47,775 nt of DNA, taken from Octopus sinensis. Its lineage: Eukaryota. A program made the translations under genes and the position numbers. Positions 14,322-26,573 of the stretch are shown here, piece after piece; the first letter of the stretch is position 1; every line of letters begins with the position of its first letter. A model generated the notes under the pieces. That model saw only the letters and a program-made list of their open reading frames with translations, did not search any database and was not told the origin of the DNA. Where the stretch lies: positions 1 to 47,775 of the forward strand of contig NW_021832780.1 of NCBI RefSeq assembly GCF_006345805.1, written 5' to 3'.

Positions 14322-14688
14322 TTGTCAGGTAATAACGTGTCATGCATTATAGTGAGACACCTGCACGTCATTGGATTTAAGTGATTAAAACTTGTACAAC
14401 AGTTTTGCCACTCTCTCGGTCGTCATTTTATGTTCTCCCGCCAGGCATTGCAAGGTGACTGGTACTATTCTCACTACAAGTTTTATGTGACAATATCTTT
14501 ATCCTAGAAGAGCTGCCTATCCCACAGCTTTGCCAAAACATTAATGGAGCCTCCTCTACTTAACCAATAGATAGGAGCCTGACAGATACATGTATGTATG
14601 TATGTATGTATGTATGTATGTATGTATGTATGTATGTATGTATGTATGTATGTATGAATGTATGTATATATGTATGTATGTATGTATG

Positions 14689-14764
<76 letters not shown>

Positions 14765-14979
14765 CTAGACCGGGTGGCGCGTTGGGCTTTTGAGCAAAAC
14801 ACCTTGCTCCATGATCAGTTCGAAATCTGACGCAGATAACATCGATTTGATGGAGAGAGTGAGCAATGTACGGCATAAGCATTTGATCGCTATAAACAAA
14901 AGTATTTGTGCAGGAAGTTCGGCAAAAAGCTGAACGTTCTTACATGGTCTTCGATAGGAGAGTCCGTCAGATATAGATA

Positions 14980-15063
<84 letters not shown>

Positions 15064-15191
15064 TATAGATATAGATTATAGATATGTTGATAGAATGGTT
15101 AGGCAACAAAAAATGAAGAGACCTCGATATTATGTAAATAGAGGAATTCATCTGTGTAAATATAATATGTGACAATTATTCGGTAGCCATT

Positions 15192-15250
15192 ATAAAACTC
15201 CGAGTTTCGGACGACGGGGCTGAAACCCACGCCACCATCTCTTCAGTTAT
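15192..15250 (-). ncRNA. Type-I hammerhead ribozyme (probable)
   Basis: Minus strand reads ataa CTGAAGA gatggtggcgtgggtttcagccccgtcgtcc GAAA ctcggag TT ttat: 4-bp stem I, G:U-rich stem II, near-palindromic ACUC-G-GAGU stem III, GUU triplet. Confidence 0.62.
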
Positions 15251-15636
15251 CCGGCCATCAGAAAAAAAAATGCATGGAAAATCGCCAGAAATCGGTTGAG
15301 GACTTATAAATTTATAGACAATTTATACATTAGATTAATAATAATATACATATGTTTATAATTATATTTAGGGCAAAAATGCTTGAAGTGCCGATACTTT
15401 CAAAAACTACCCTTGCCCCCTTAATATAATTATATACATATGTACATAATCATTACTTTAATATATATATAGGCGCAGCAGTGGCTGTGTGGTAAGTAGC
15501 TTGCTTACCAATCACATGGTTCCGGGTTCAGTACCACTGCGTAGCACCTTGGATAAGTGTTTTCTACTATAGCCTCGGGCCGACCAATGCCTTGTGAGTG
15601 GACTTGGTAGACGGAAACTGAAAGAAGCCCGTCGTA

Positions 15637-15678
<42 letters not shown>

Positions 15679-16196
15679 GATATTATATATATCTATATAT
15701 ATTATATGTAGATATATATATATATATATGTAGATATATATATGTAGATATATTATATATATATATATATATATACATATATATATGTATATATATATAT
15801 ATTGTGTGTGTGTGCATATATATTTATGTAAGTATGTGTGTGTGTGTGTGTGTGTGTGTGAACCGTCGTTGTATAGCATTCTAGTAAAGGCGTACTTAAA
15901 CATAGAATGCAGCACTTTCTATAAGATGGCCCAGAAACCTGCTATATTGAAGCTTCCATAACGCAGTTTATTTTCTTTGAAGAAGCAGATGCACGCCGTG
16001 GTGACTCCAGAGCACCAGGCAACTGGCCTAGCTCAAAGAAATTATGCACATATATATACTCGATCGTTGCTTCATTTTACTATTGGCACAAAGCCTGAAA
16101 TCTTGGGGTACAGGTTAGTCGATTGCTTCGGTCACAATGCTCAACAGGTATTTATTTTATCGATCCCGAAAGTATAAAAGGTAAAGTCGACCTCAC

Positions 16197-16261
<65 letters not shown>

Positions 16262-16294
16262 CAACTATAATAATAATAATAATGATAATAATAA
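16197..16294. repeat. (AAT)n microsatellite (representative of dozens of TA, CA, TATG, TATC and AAT arrays)
   Basis: Directly visible. These arrays generate nearly all low-complexity ORFs in the ORF track. Confidence 0.98.
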
Positions 16295-16830
16295 ATGCCC
16301 TGATGCTGTACCAGGCACTTGCTCTCATGGCTTCTGGTCTTAACTGATTGGAAGCGTGATCATGCACATTGTTTTGTCTTGGCATAAAAGATGGGCTACA
16401 GCAAATATCTTGCTCAATACCACAGATTTGCTAGTCAGTTGTTAGACTATAACCAGTAGAGCATGTTCCTTTGTGGCTGACGATATGTGCATCTCCGGTC
16501 ACAAGCAGAAGTAGTGTTGCGAGAAATTCTTCGGGGTTTGGATAATTCACCTTTGGAAACACGGGTGTTTCGTTCAACATCCTTAAACAACCCTTAATCA
16601 GGGGCCTTTTGTGTGGGATGGGCTACTGGACCTGAAGAAAATTCTAATCGAGCTCCACCTGCAAAGTCATGCGCTGTATATCTTGATATGAGAACACCAT
16701 CTCGCGCACATATGGTTGTGATGCTTGTACCTGATGTACCCTTATCAGACGGGTAGTCAAGTGTGTACTGGGCTTCGTATAGTTTACCCCAGTGTCACTT
16801 TCATAGCATGCACCTCTCTCTCACTAAATA
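16295..16830 (-). mobile_element. Interspersed repeat flanked by (AAT)n, copy 1 (possible LINE 3' end)
   Basis: Homologous to 43565-44135. Both copies are bounded by (AAT)n. No coding motif recognised; the strand is inferred from the longer (ATT)n tail. Confidence 0.55.
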
Positions 16831-16849
16831 ATAATAATAACACTAATAA

Positions 16850-17510
16850 GTTTTTGATATGCGAAAAAATAGAAAACTTTATTTGGTTTAATGCTCCTGT
16901 GACTGTTTATGCGTGTATAAATATCGCCTCAGACTTATTTTCCTTACTAGACAAATATCATCGATGTTATATGATTTTAAAAGTAATAATGTCAAATTGT
17001 ACACCTTATTTTGTTACAGAAATATCAGATATTTATTAAAATCACAATAAATCGCTTTCTACAACCGATCTGTTAAATGTTATACCCCCCATGAGTTTCC
17101 TGTTAAATAATTTATGCTCTGAAATTAGTAATTTATTGTGAGAAAGTATGTAGAGTTAATGATTCGATTTCTAAGAATTATATTAGGTTTACTGTGGATG
17201 CTTTTGTTTTATGAATCACTTAGCTTAAATTTACATCCAAAATCCTGAAAAATGTTTTTAAAACAAATTTATATCTAAATCTTTAGATAACAATATTAGA
17301 AAGTATAAAAAAAAATATGTGGAAGATATTAGAATGTGGCAAACCTTATAACCAAAGTAACTATTCCATAGGAATTTTGTCGTAAATACTCATTTAGAAT
17401 TATTATCCTTTGTTGCCATAAGCAGAAATTTTTGTTGAAATACTTTAAAACAACCTACATAAAATCTAGCGGTCGAATAGTGGATAATCTTGAATAATAC
17501 TGTTTCATAC
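16850..17510 (+). mobile_element. Highly degenerate Penelope-like element (linker/GIY-YIG region)
   Basis: KIENFIWFNAP...NIASDLFSLLDKY resembles the PLE 'RNIIWFNPP...NIG..FL.LLDKHF' motif. Many stops and frameshifts downstream. Confidence 0.6.
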
Positions 17511-17706
17511 TTAAACTAAATAGGAGTGTTTTCAGCTGTTAATATGCATCAGTATTATACAAGATTACCCAGTATTCGACCGCTGGATATTATGTAGATA
17601 GATAGATATATAGATAGATAGAGAGGGGGAGAGGGAGATAGATAGATAGATAGGTGTGGATGGAGAGAGAGGAAGAGAGACTGTACTGAGAAACAAAGAA
17701 AGAACA

Positions 17707-17740
<34 letters not shown>

Positions 17741-17744
17741 ATAT

Positions 17745-18199
17745 CAATAATACAATGACTGTTTCTTGTCAGGAACAAAAAGATTAATAGGACTGCTATA
17801 GAAGTGCTCTATTGAAAGAGACAAATATATCAAAGTAAAATTATTGAACAAACAAATGCAAGGTCATCCGCATATCATTTCATAATTCGAACATTTAATC
17901 ATAGAATATACATATAAACAGGAAAGCAAACAACACTGTACGGGCTTGGTACGTGATGATGTCTATCTTTATGTTTATATATATTTTTCCCCTGACGAAG
18001 GAGGTATTATCTGGATGCTCCCTAGTGCTTTAAATATAATACACCCCTGAAATGGCCATAGGGATAAGTAAATATGGTTCCCTTCTTAACTATAAGGCTT
18101 CTTTTACCTGAATAATTATTTATTTAATAAGATTTCTAAACGATGAACTTTTATTTTATTTACATGATATATATTATATATTTTTTATATGCTCCTATA

Positions 18200-18275
<76 letters not shown>

Positions 18276-18542
18276 TTTTATATAATACTTATATTTTTAC
18301 TTTCTACGTCTTTTAAAAAAAAATGTATTTTTTCTGAATCGCTAAAATATTAATTATAAATTTTTGATGATAATAATTTTTTCTCGCACCTTATTATTAT
18401 TGTGCTAGTCTGCTTATACAGATGAATTATGTTCCATCTTGCGGGATGTTTATATGTATATTCTATGATTAAATGTTCGAATTATGAAATGATATGCGGA
18501 TGACCTTGCCTTTGTTTGTTCAATAATTTTAGTTTGATATAT
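17745..18542 (+). mobile_element. PLE terminal-repeat region with hammerhead and 96-bp inverted copy
   Basis: 17825-17920 is the reverse complement of 18447-18542 (2 mismatches). The hammerhead at 17988 lies between the arms, and the region is embedded in (TA)n. Confidence 0.65.
17988..18064 (+). ncRNA. Minimal type-I hammerhead ribozyme (PLE-associated)
   Basis: tccc CTGACGA aggaggtattat...ataatacacccct GAAA tggcca TA ggga: 4-bp stem I, canonical core, extended stem II, palindromic AUGGCCAU stem III, AUA triplet. Confidence 0.8.
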
Positions 18543-18556
18543 ATACATATATAGAC

Positions 18557-18587
<31 letters not shown>

Positions 18588-19112
18588 GAGGGAATGAAAA
18601 CTAGCATATCTGGTCCATATTTTACTCAATCCTATCCGATACATTACCTAACTCTCCACATCTCATAATCTGTGTTGGGTCTCAAATCCTAAAACCATTA
18701 TTAAAATCTTTCGCCTGTCGTTCCTATCATAGACTGAAGACCTCTGAAGTTTCCTCTCTTATAACCCACGGTTTTCTTTGAGGTTATTACATTTAGAAGA
18801 TCAAGTTGATAACGATGTTTGTCAACGACTCCAGTCAGCCTCGAGTCACACGGTATGCAAGAAAATGTTGCCAAATAGCCGTTAGATTGTACCCACCTTC
18901 ACCGTTCGGTGTGTCGTGGTCATCAATGTTTGTCGACATCTCAAACTTGCAAGATTTTCAGCTTAAACCCCCCCCCCCCAACTTTTAAAGAAGAGAAAGA
19001 CACATTGAATAATGAAGTTCCAGATAAACCATAATCGGAGAAACAAGAGATGGTCTTGGCTGCTACATAAATTGATTGTGGGTCTTATCGATCAGTACTG
19101 AAGTGAGGTTAG

Positions 19113-19148
<36 letters not shown>

Positions 19149-19548
19149 CAACAACAATAACATGTACAGCAACAGTATCAATTACAACAACATCTATAAG
19201 AACTGCAACAGTAATAAAGACATCTACTGCAACCTGCGGGTGTTTCTATATGGCGACTTGCTAGAAACAACAGCAAAATCTCGCTTCTTAATATAGTAAG
19301 GACACAGTGAATGAAATAGTTCGAGATTAACAATTTCAATAAAAGACAAAAGATGGCCACAGATGGAACACATTTGATCATAAATATGCGCGGTAAAGGT
19401 TCACCCAAACGTAACAAACATCAACCCACCGTAACTTGAGAGTGTTAGTGAGGTTCACAGATTCTTATCATTCTGATAAATAAATAAATGTATAAATAAA
19501 TAAATAAATGAATACATAAATAAATAAATAAATAAATAAAACAATTAC

Positions 19549-20116
19549 CGTTTTGGGTATTTAACACATAATCTTCAAAAGTACTTTTCTTGCCACGCGA
19601 TCCAATGAAGTCAAGTGGACTGTATTTTTTGCCTTTTGGGGGACCAAACGATAAGGAATTCATTCTTCGGCCTTCTCTCAATAACATCGGACCCGTGTAA
19701 GCAAGTTCGTCATTGGTTGATTGTGATCTGCCTCTTGTTGGGACGAATGCTAAAGCATCTGATTTTTTGTCAATGACTCCCGTAAGATCGTTTAGTTGGG
19801 GCTTTTCACCGAGTAAGGTAACCAGACGTTTACCCCTCGATCCGAGGAAAGCGTTAGCACTGACAGTCCGTTTGTCATTAACGAGGACTCTTTTACCTCG
19901 GGAACCCATGAAACTGTTTGCGTTTAATCTTTTGCCTCTGGTACCTTGGAAACTGTAGGGGTTAACTTTTTTCATTCTTTCAGCAGATTCTGAGTCGGTG
20001 TCGTCAATTGAAGCTCTACTTTCGATAGTGTTGGCCAGGAAACCCAGTTTGCGTAAAAATTCCATAATTTCTTCATGGCCTGGGTACCTACCACTGTTGA
20101 CGTTATTACTGTCCAA
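19549..20116 (-). CDS. TKRP: Internal coding exon of tachykinin-related peptide (oct-TKRP) precursor
   Basis: The ORF encodes KK-VNPYSFQGTR-GKR, LNANSFMGSR-GKR, KR-TVSANAFLGSR-GKR, KK-SDALAFVPTR-GR, RR-MNSLSFGPPK-GKK and YSPLDFIGSR-GKK. These are basic-flanked, Gly-amidated FxGxR-type peptides matching oct-TKRP-I to VI as I recall them from O. vulgaris brain. Acceptor: pyrimidine tract ...ttcatgttcag|TTG at 20116 (phase 0). Donor: AAC G|gtaatt at 19549 (phase 1). Length 568 = 189 codons + 1. The ORF-track ends (MYLFHVQ and ..CFIYLFIY) are intronic read-through. Confidence 0.96.
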
Positions 20117-21129
20117 CTGAACATGAAATAAATACAAAAAAAGAAGAGAAAAGAAAAAAGGAAAAATGTATTAATCGATATTATTTTAACAATAAACTTA
20201 ATAAGATAAACGTATAAAAAAATTACTGAAATGCTTAAAAAATTTGATCATGAGCAAAGCTTTATATTAATTTGTCAATAAAATTTTTTTCATAAAACCC
20301 ACCCCCAATACTTTATTAATAAAATCAATATAAATATAGTAAATAAAAATATTTATTCAAAAACATGCACGTCTTTGGAAAGTTTCTGACGTTTTATAAA
20401 TCTTGCCAAGTATTGATTATTTTATATTATTTCATTCAAAAACTTTCATGATAAACTTGACAAACGGTTCGTGTTTCATCTGACATATGAAAGCAAGTGT
20501 CATCATTCTGTCGTTATTATTTGTATATTTGTATGTTTGCTGTTGTTGCTGTTTAGCCCTGGCAACACTGATAGAGTTGATCTATTACGAAAAGTATATC
20601 TACCGCGACCACCCTGGGTTTTTTTTTCAGAGGTTACTAAGACTACATCATATCGTGTATCCTTCCAATTTTTTTAAAGATTCACTCATTTATTAAATCT
20701 TTTGCTCTCTAAGGAGCTTAGGTCGTCGACGATTTTACTCCACTTTCATCGATACTGTAATACCCTTTCTGCTTCTCTCTAGTTGGACCCTTGCTTTCTT
20801 TCAGCTTTACCTCAGTATCCCGCCTATGTTTTCCGGAGGGGTGGCCTTCGTTTTTCAGATCTTGGTTTTGAATTATCATTGATGCTTCTGTAACACTGTT
20901 TTTTTAAAGCCTTACGCAAAGCCATTTTTATCTTTGATAAGATGTGCTCTACATTAGTCCTTTGACATGTCTACAAGGCCTGTCCCTGCACGCGGGGTCA
21001 TTGACACACACACACAAGCCACCACACCGCAAGGAATGGATCTTGCGGGGGATTTTGTTTGAAAAAGCCTCAGACACTGTGAAGCAATTTTCAACACGTT
21101 CAGATGAGGAATTATGTACATTATTTACA

Positions 21130-21243
21130 TTATTTACATTTGACGGATATTTGTCCTCATCTTGTTTGTTGTTAACACAATGTTTCGGCTGATATATCCT
21201 GATATAAACAAGATGAGGACAAATATCCGGCAAATGTAAATAA
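21130..21243. repeat. 38-bp inverted repeat, probable PLE terminal remnant
   Basis: Arms 21130-21167 and 21206-21243 (1 mismatch). The spacer reads cagccGAAAcattgtg on the minus strand. Confidence 0.75.
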
Positions 21244-21915
21244 CGTACGTTCAGAGATGTTCGTGTTCCTATTGAATATGGGGTTTACAGTATAACGCAG
21301 TGTTGTTTGCTAGTCCCTGATATCCTTTGAGGAATGCAACATAATCTTAATTCTTAGTGGCAGCATTTTGCAGGAGTTCCTTCTCTTGCACAGTCTTCCC
21401 TAGCAAATCCAGCAGAAAATAATTATGACGTGTTAACCTGACCATTACATTTTGTATTGCCTTTTGTGCTTTTGGAGAGATATATTATGTCCTCCCTGCA
21501 CCGCATCTCATAAATCAGCCACTAGTTGTTGGTTTTCAGAAGGCCGAAATCGAAATTGTAATTGCTCGATAGATGCGATCTACAGATTTATAGATCCAGA
21601 TATGTTATATATCAGTCTAATTGAGGACTATACAAGACACCCCTACCTAAAGCGATTAATAATATGTGGGTGTAATATGACAACCTGGGGTCTCTCTTCT
21701 GTTTAGTCCGTTTTATACTCTCTACTTTGCAAAGTCTGTTTCTATTTGTCTGTGGATCTTGGTGGAAGACCACAAACGGAAGGGAATGAAAACATATGCA
21801 GGCGATTATACATTTGTAATACAAAATCCTGGACAGAGGGGCTCTAAAAGGCTGTTTATATATACACACACACATACATACATACATACATACATACATA
21901 CATACATACATACAT

Positions 21916-21950
<35 letters not shown>

Positions 21951-22208
21951 TATTTCGGGATGTTTCTTTTTTCTTGTCAAATAAACACACGCACAATATA
22001 TTCGTCCTTCACTCGTTTGTTATTGTCCTTATTTTATCTTATGTCGATTGTTTGGAAATCTTTCGCCACACATCTGTGACCTCTTTGGAGACTCTACCAT
22101 CCACGTGTATCCTTCTGTTCTGTTTAGTCCAGTCATAAACGTGTTTATGTATGTATGTATGTATGTATATGTGTGTGTGTGTGTGTGCGTGCGCGGCGCG
22201 CGCGCGTG

Positions 22209-22253
<45 letters not shown>

Positions 22254-22777
22254 GGACAAGATGGTCGCGTCGGAAAAACTATTGTTCAGTGATGACCTGA
22301 CCAGAAGAACAACAACAATAACAACATTTCGGTTTTCTTTTACAGAAATTTACAATTGGGTAAGCTCTAATATGTTCTTTAAAGAAGACTCGATTAGAAA
22401 ATGAGATTCTGTAACTTAGGAAAGTGAAAAGAAAATATAAACGGTTTGTGAAACTGAGTTTTCGACCTGGTTTGTAGAAAGCTTTCCTTACTTCCTTTTC
22501 TATCATATGTGTCTTTCTTACAACATTCAGGGTACGCCAAGATTACTTCTGGACATGGAACGATGTCTTTATTTTTCACACCAACAGAGTAAATAGAATT
22601 TTGGAAATATTCATTGTTTTCTCAAACATGTAAGCCACCGAAAATAGAAACGCTGCAGCCGGGAATCAAAATGTAGCGGAGGTGTGTAAATTCAGCACCT
22701 CATATCCAACGATCTTCGCTACATTTCGAAGTGAAAAGCGTTGGCGAAACTACACGCACACACACACACACAAATAA

Positions 22778-22860
<83 letters not shown>

Positions 22861-23104
22861 TGCGCATACATACTCACATACTTACAGAGAGAGAGATGGA
22901 GAGGAGGAAGGAGAGAGAGAGTGCCGGATAAAGGAGAGGGATAGCAAAACTGCCAGAGAAAGAGAGTCACACATTGGAAAATCCTACCTCAACTGCCCGC
23001 TTATGGATTCTACAGAGAATCACATTTCCTAGGTCAAGGTGAGATCCGACAGGGTCTGACCTTGGCGGCATATTCATGCATGTATACATATGTATATTTA
23101 TATC

Positions 23105-23193
<89 letters not shown>

Positions 23194-23631
23194 ACCTGTA
23201 TTTGCATGTGTTTATATGCGTGAGTATATAAGAAGTAGAAATTTGTACCGTGATTTCACACAAATAATCTTACGTTAATGGACCTAAATTATTATATAGA
23301 TAAAATAGTTTTTAACACTAATATTCAATCATTATATATTTTTATATTTTCAGGTCCAATCTAAGCTCTACTTTAACTAATCGATAGATTGACCGAAAGG
23401 AAAAGAACAAAATATATTAGGAGAGGCAAGACGAAGGAAAAAGATATACGATACCGAATTTAAGATGTCTGTTTACATGGTTGGACTGAGATAGAATGGA
23501 AGCTAGGGTGTGAAATGGAATGAACGAAAGTGAAGTCACAGTCTGTTCACAATGAAAAAGAGAGAGGACAAGAAAGTAATAAAGAGATTAAGTAGAGAGA
23601 AATTGAGACCGCTGGGGACAAAGCGAGAAGC

Positions 23632-23735
<104 letters not shown>

Positions 23736-23736
23736 G

Positions 23737-24298
23737 AGTAGAGAGGCAAGTTTTGTCTAGCGAATGTTTTAAAAAAAGATGGGTGAATGTAGCAAGGATG
23801 GCACGTATGAATGACGAAGCCACCTTGAGCATAATCCTATGAACCCAGAAATTGAAAACAGAGGGTTACCCACTTGCAAACAAATGTGGTAACATATAAC
23901 AATATTGACCGAGGTTACCGTGGTCTTTTTCGTAGGCTTTTCTTCCCCACGGATAAACCTTACTTGTACTTTCCTTTCCTTTACACCATATATCATAACA
24001 CTGTGATACACGATCCCTATTGATCGTTTTTTTCCTCCTCTTCCCCTTTTTTTCCCCTTTTTTCTTCTTTTTTTTCATTCTCTTTTTTTATTCCTTTTCC
24101 TTTTCTTTTCTTTTTTTTTCTTTATTTTTTTATATTTTTTTTTTGTTCTTTTTCTTCCCTTTTACGATCCCTTTTGATCGAAAACCTACGCCCACCCTTT
24201 TTTTGTTTCTTTTGTTTTTGTTTTTTCATCCCCCAAAAGAAAAGCTCTACCTTGTAACTTGTCCATCTGTGTGCAGCCCTGTGTGGCCAATAAAGAAC
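23737..24298 (+). mobile_element. Tx1/L1-like LINE 3' end, copy 1, within (TATC)n
   Basis: Ends an ORF ..VERQVLSSECFKKRWVNVARMARMNDEATLSIIL*, then a T-rich 3' UTR, AATAAA and (TATC)n. (TATC)n also lies on the 5' side. Confidence 0.72.
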
Positions 24299-24348
<50 letters not shown>

Positions 24349-24773
24349 ATCTATCTATCGCTCTCTATATATGTGTGTGTATGTGTGTGTGTGTTTTATA
24401 TTATTTGTGTGTGTATGTGTGTGTACATGTGCGTGCATGCGTGCGTGCGTGCGTTTGTGTATATATGTGTATGTACGTATGTATTTATGTGTGTGTGTGT
24501 GTGTGAAGGCGTGTAGCTTGGTGGTTTGGGGTATTCGGCACATGATCGTAAGGTCGTGAGTTCGATTCCGCCTGCGCGTTGTGTCTCTTGAGCAAGACAT
24601 TTTATCTCACGTTGTTCTAATCCACCCAGCTGGCAAAAATTAGTAGTACTTGTAATTCATAGGGGCAGCATTGTCACACCCTCTGTCAAACTGAATATCC
24701 TTGTGAATGCTCGACCACTTACAAGTTAATTTCTCGAGCAGGCAGTTTCATTTATCGAATCAACTGGAACTCT

Positions 24774-24847
<74 letters not shown>

Positions 24848-24848
<1 letters not shown>

Positions 24849-25472
24849 GTTTCTTTATTGGCCACACAGGGCTGCACACAGATGGGACAAGTTACAAGGT
24901 AGAGCTTTTCTTTTGGGGGATGAAAAAAACAAAAAAAAGAAACAAAAAAAAGGTGGCGTAGGTTTTCGATCAAAAGGGATCGTAAAAGGGAAAAAAAAGA
25001 ACAAAAAATAAAATAAAATAAATTAAAAATTTAAAAAAAGAAAAAAGGAAAAGGAATAAAAGAAAAGAGAAATGAAAAAAAGTAGAAAAAAGGGGAAAAA
25101 AAGGGGAAGAGAAAAAAAAACGATCAATAGGGATCGTATATCACAGTGTTATGATGTATGGTGTAAAGGGGAAAGCAAGTAAGGTTTATCCGTGGGAAGA
25201 AAAGCCTACGAAAAAGACCACGGTAACCTCGGTCAATATTGTTATATGTTACCACATTTGTTTGCAAGTGGGTAACCCTCTGTTTTCAATTTCTGGGTTC
25301 ATAGGATTATGCTCAAGGTGGCTTCGTCATTCATACGTGCCATCCTTGCTACATTCACCCATCTTTTTTTTAAAAATTTGCTAGACAAAACTTGCCTCTC
25401 TACTCTCACTTTCCTTTTCAAGTGGTACTTGAAGAAGTTGATGAGAGATTGACCAGAGAGGAAAGTGTTTGT
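24848..25472 (-). mobile_element. Tx1/L1-like LINE 3' end, copy 2, inverted relative to copy 1
   Basis: Minus strand TNTFLSGQSLINFFKYHLKRKVRVERQVLSSKFLKKRWVNVARMARMNDEATLSIIL*. Near-identical to copy 1, with (GATA)n on both sides. Confidence 0.72.
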
Positions 25473-26323
25473 ATATAGATAGATAGACTGATAGATAAGT
25501 AGACTGATAGACAGATAGATTGATACATAGCTAGCTAGATAATTGCACGCATGCGTATAGTGTATTTATAAGCTTTTATACAATGTTTCCAATATTTTTG
25601 CTCAGCATTAAGTTTACAAATTGTCTGTATAATACGTATTTATTTGTATGAGTACATGTTTTTATCTTTCTATTTAGTGAATTAAACAAACAACGACAAA
25701 ATGTTGAACAAAGATCGCTATTCTTGTGGAATTATTTAATTTTTAAAGTCTTTTGCTGTGATTTGTTTACAACTTTCCTCACCCCACCACCCATCGTCAT
25801 CTTATTTTCGCTATTTCTCTCCCACGCTGCGGCCATCTCTTCGTCATCTTCCACCCGCAGCCATGTTTTACTCGTTATTACCTTTCCCCCATCGTCATAT
25901 TTAAGTTGGCTATTTCACTGCTCATAGCCATATATTTAAGCGCTAGCAGCACTTTTAATGATTTAAAGATTTAAATAAATCCTATAGATATTATAAAGCA
26001 ATTAAAAGGAAAAAAACAACAACACAGAATTACAATTACTAGTATAACATCGTGCTGTCTTATTGGTATTGTTACTGTTATTATTAATTTTCTTTTATTT
26101 ATTACTCCATTAATTTTGTTTTTAATTGAAATTGCTGTTGACGTTGTTCTTCGTAATATTGGAGCTTATTCTTATCGGAATCTTTTTAGCAAACAACAAG
26201 AAAATTACTTTCTGGAAAAGGTTCTTAGTCCTTCTTCATTCCTGGAAGAGCGAAATATATTTTCTTTCCCAAGTTTGTTTTGTTGATCACCGAATAAATG
26301 CTATAAAGTAATTATTTTCATCA

Positions 26324-26494
26324 GGTGAGACTGTATGGTAAGAAGCTTGCATTGCAACCACATGATTCCCGGTTCAGTCCCACTGCGCAGCACATTGGGC
26401 GAGTGTCTTCTATTATTGCCTCGGGCCGACCAAGTCCTTGTCAGTGAATTTGGTAGATGGACACTGAAAGAAGCCCGTCGAATATACATATATA

Positions 26495-26525
<31 letters not shown>

Positions 26526-26530
26526 GTGTG

Positions 26531-26573
<43 letters not shown>

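Noticed and set aside
19713-19958. 81-aa plus-strand ORF overlapping the TKRP exon
   Set aside because: An antisense shadow of the real coding exon.
26126-26311. Hydrophobic plus-strand ORF MKLLLTLFFVILELILIGIFLA
   Set aside because: Non-ATG start, wrong strand for TKRP, and hydrophobicity explained by T-rich composition.
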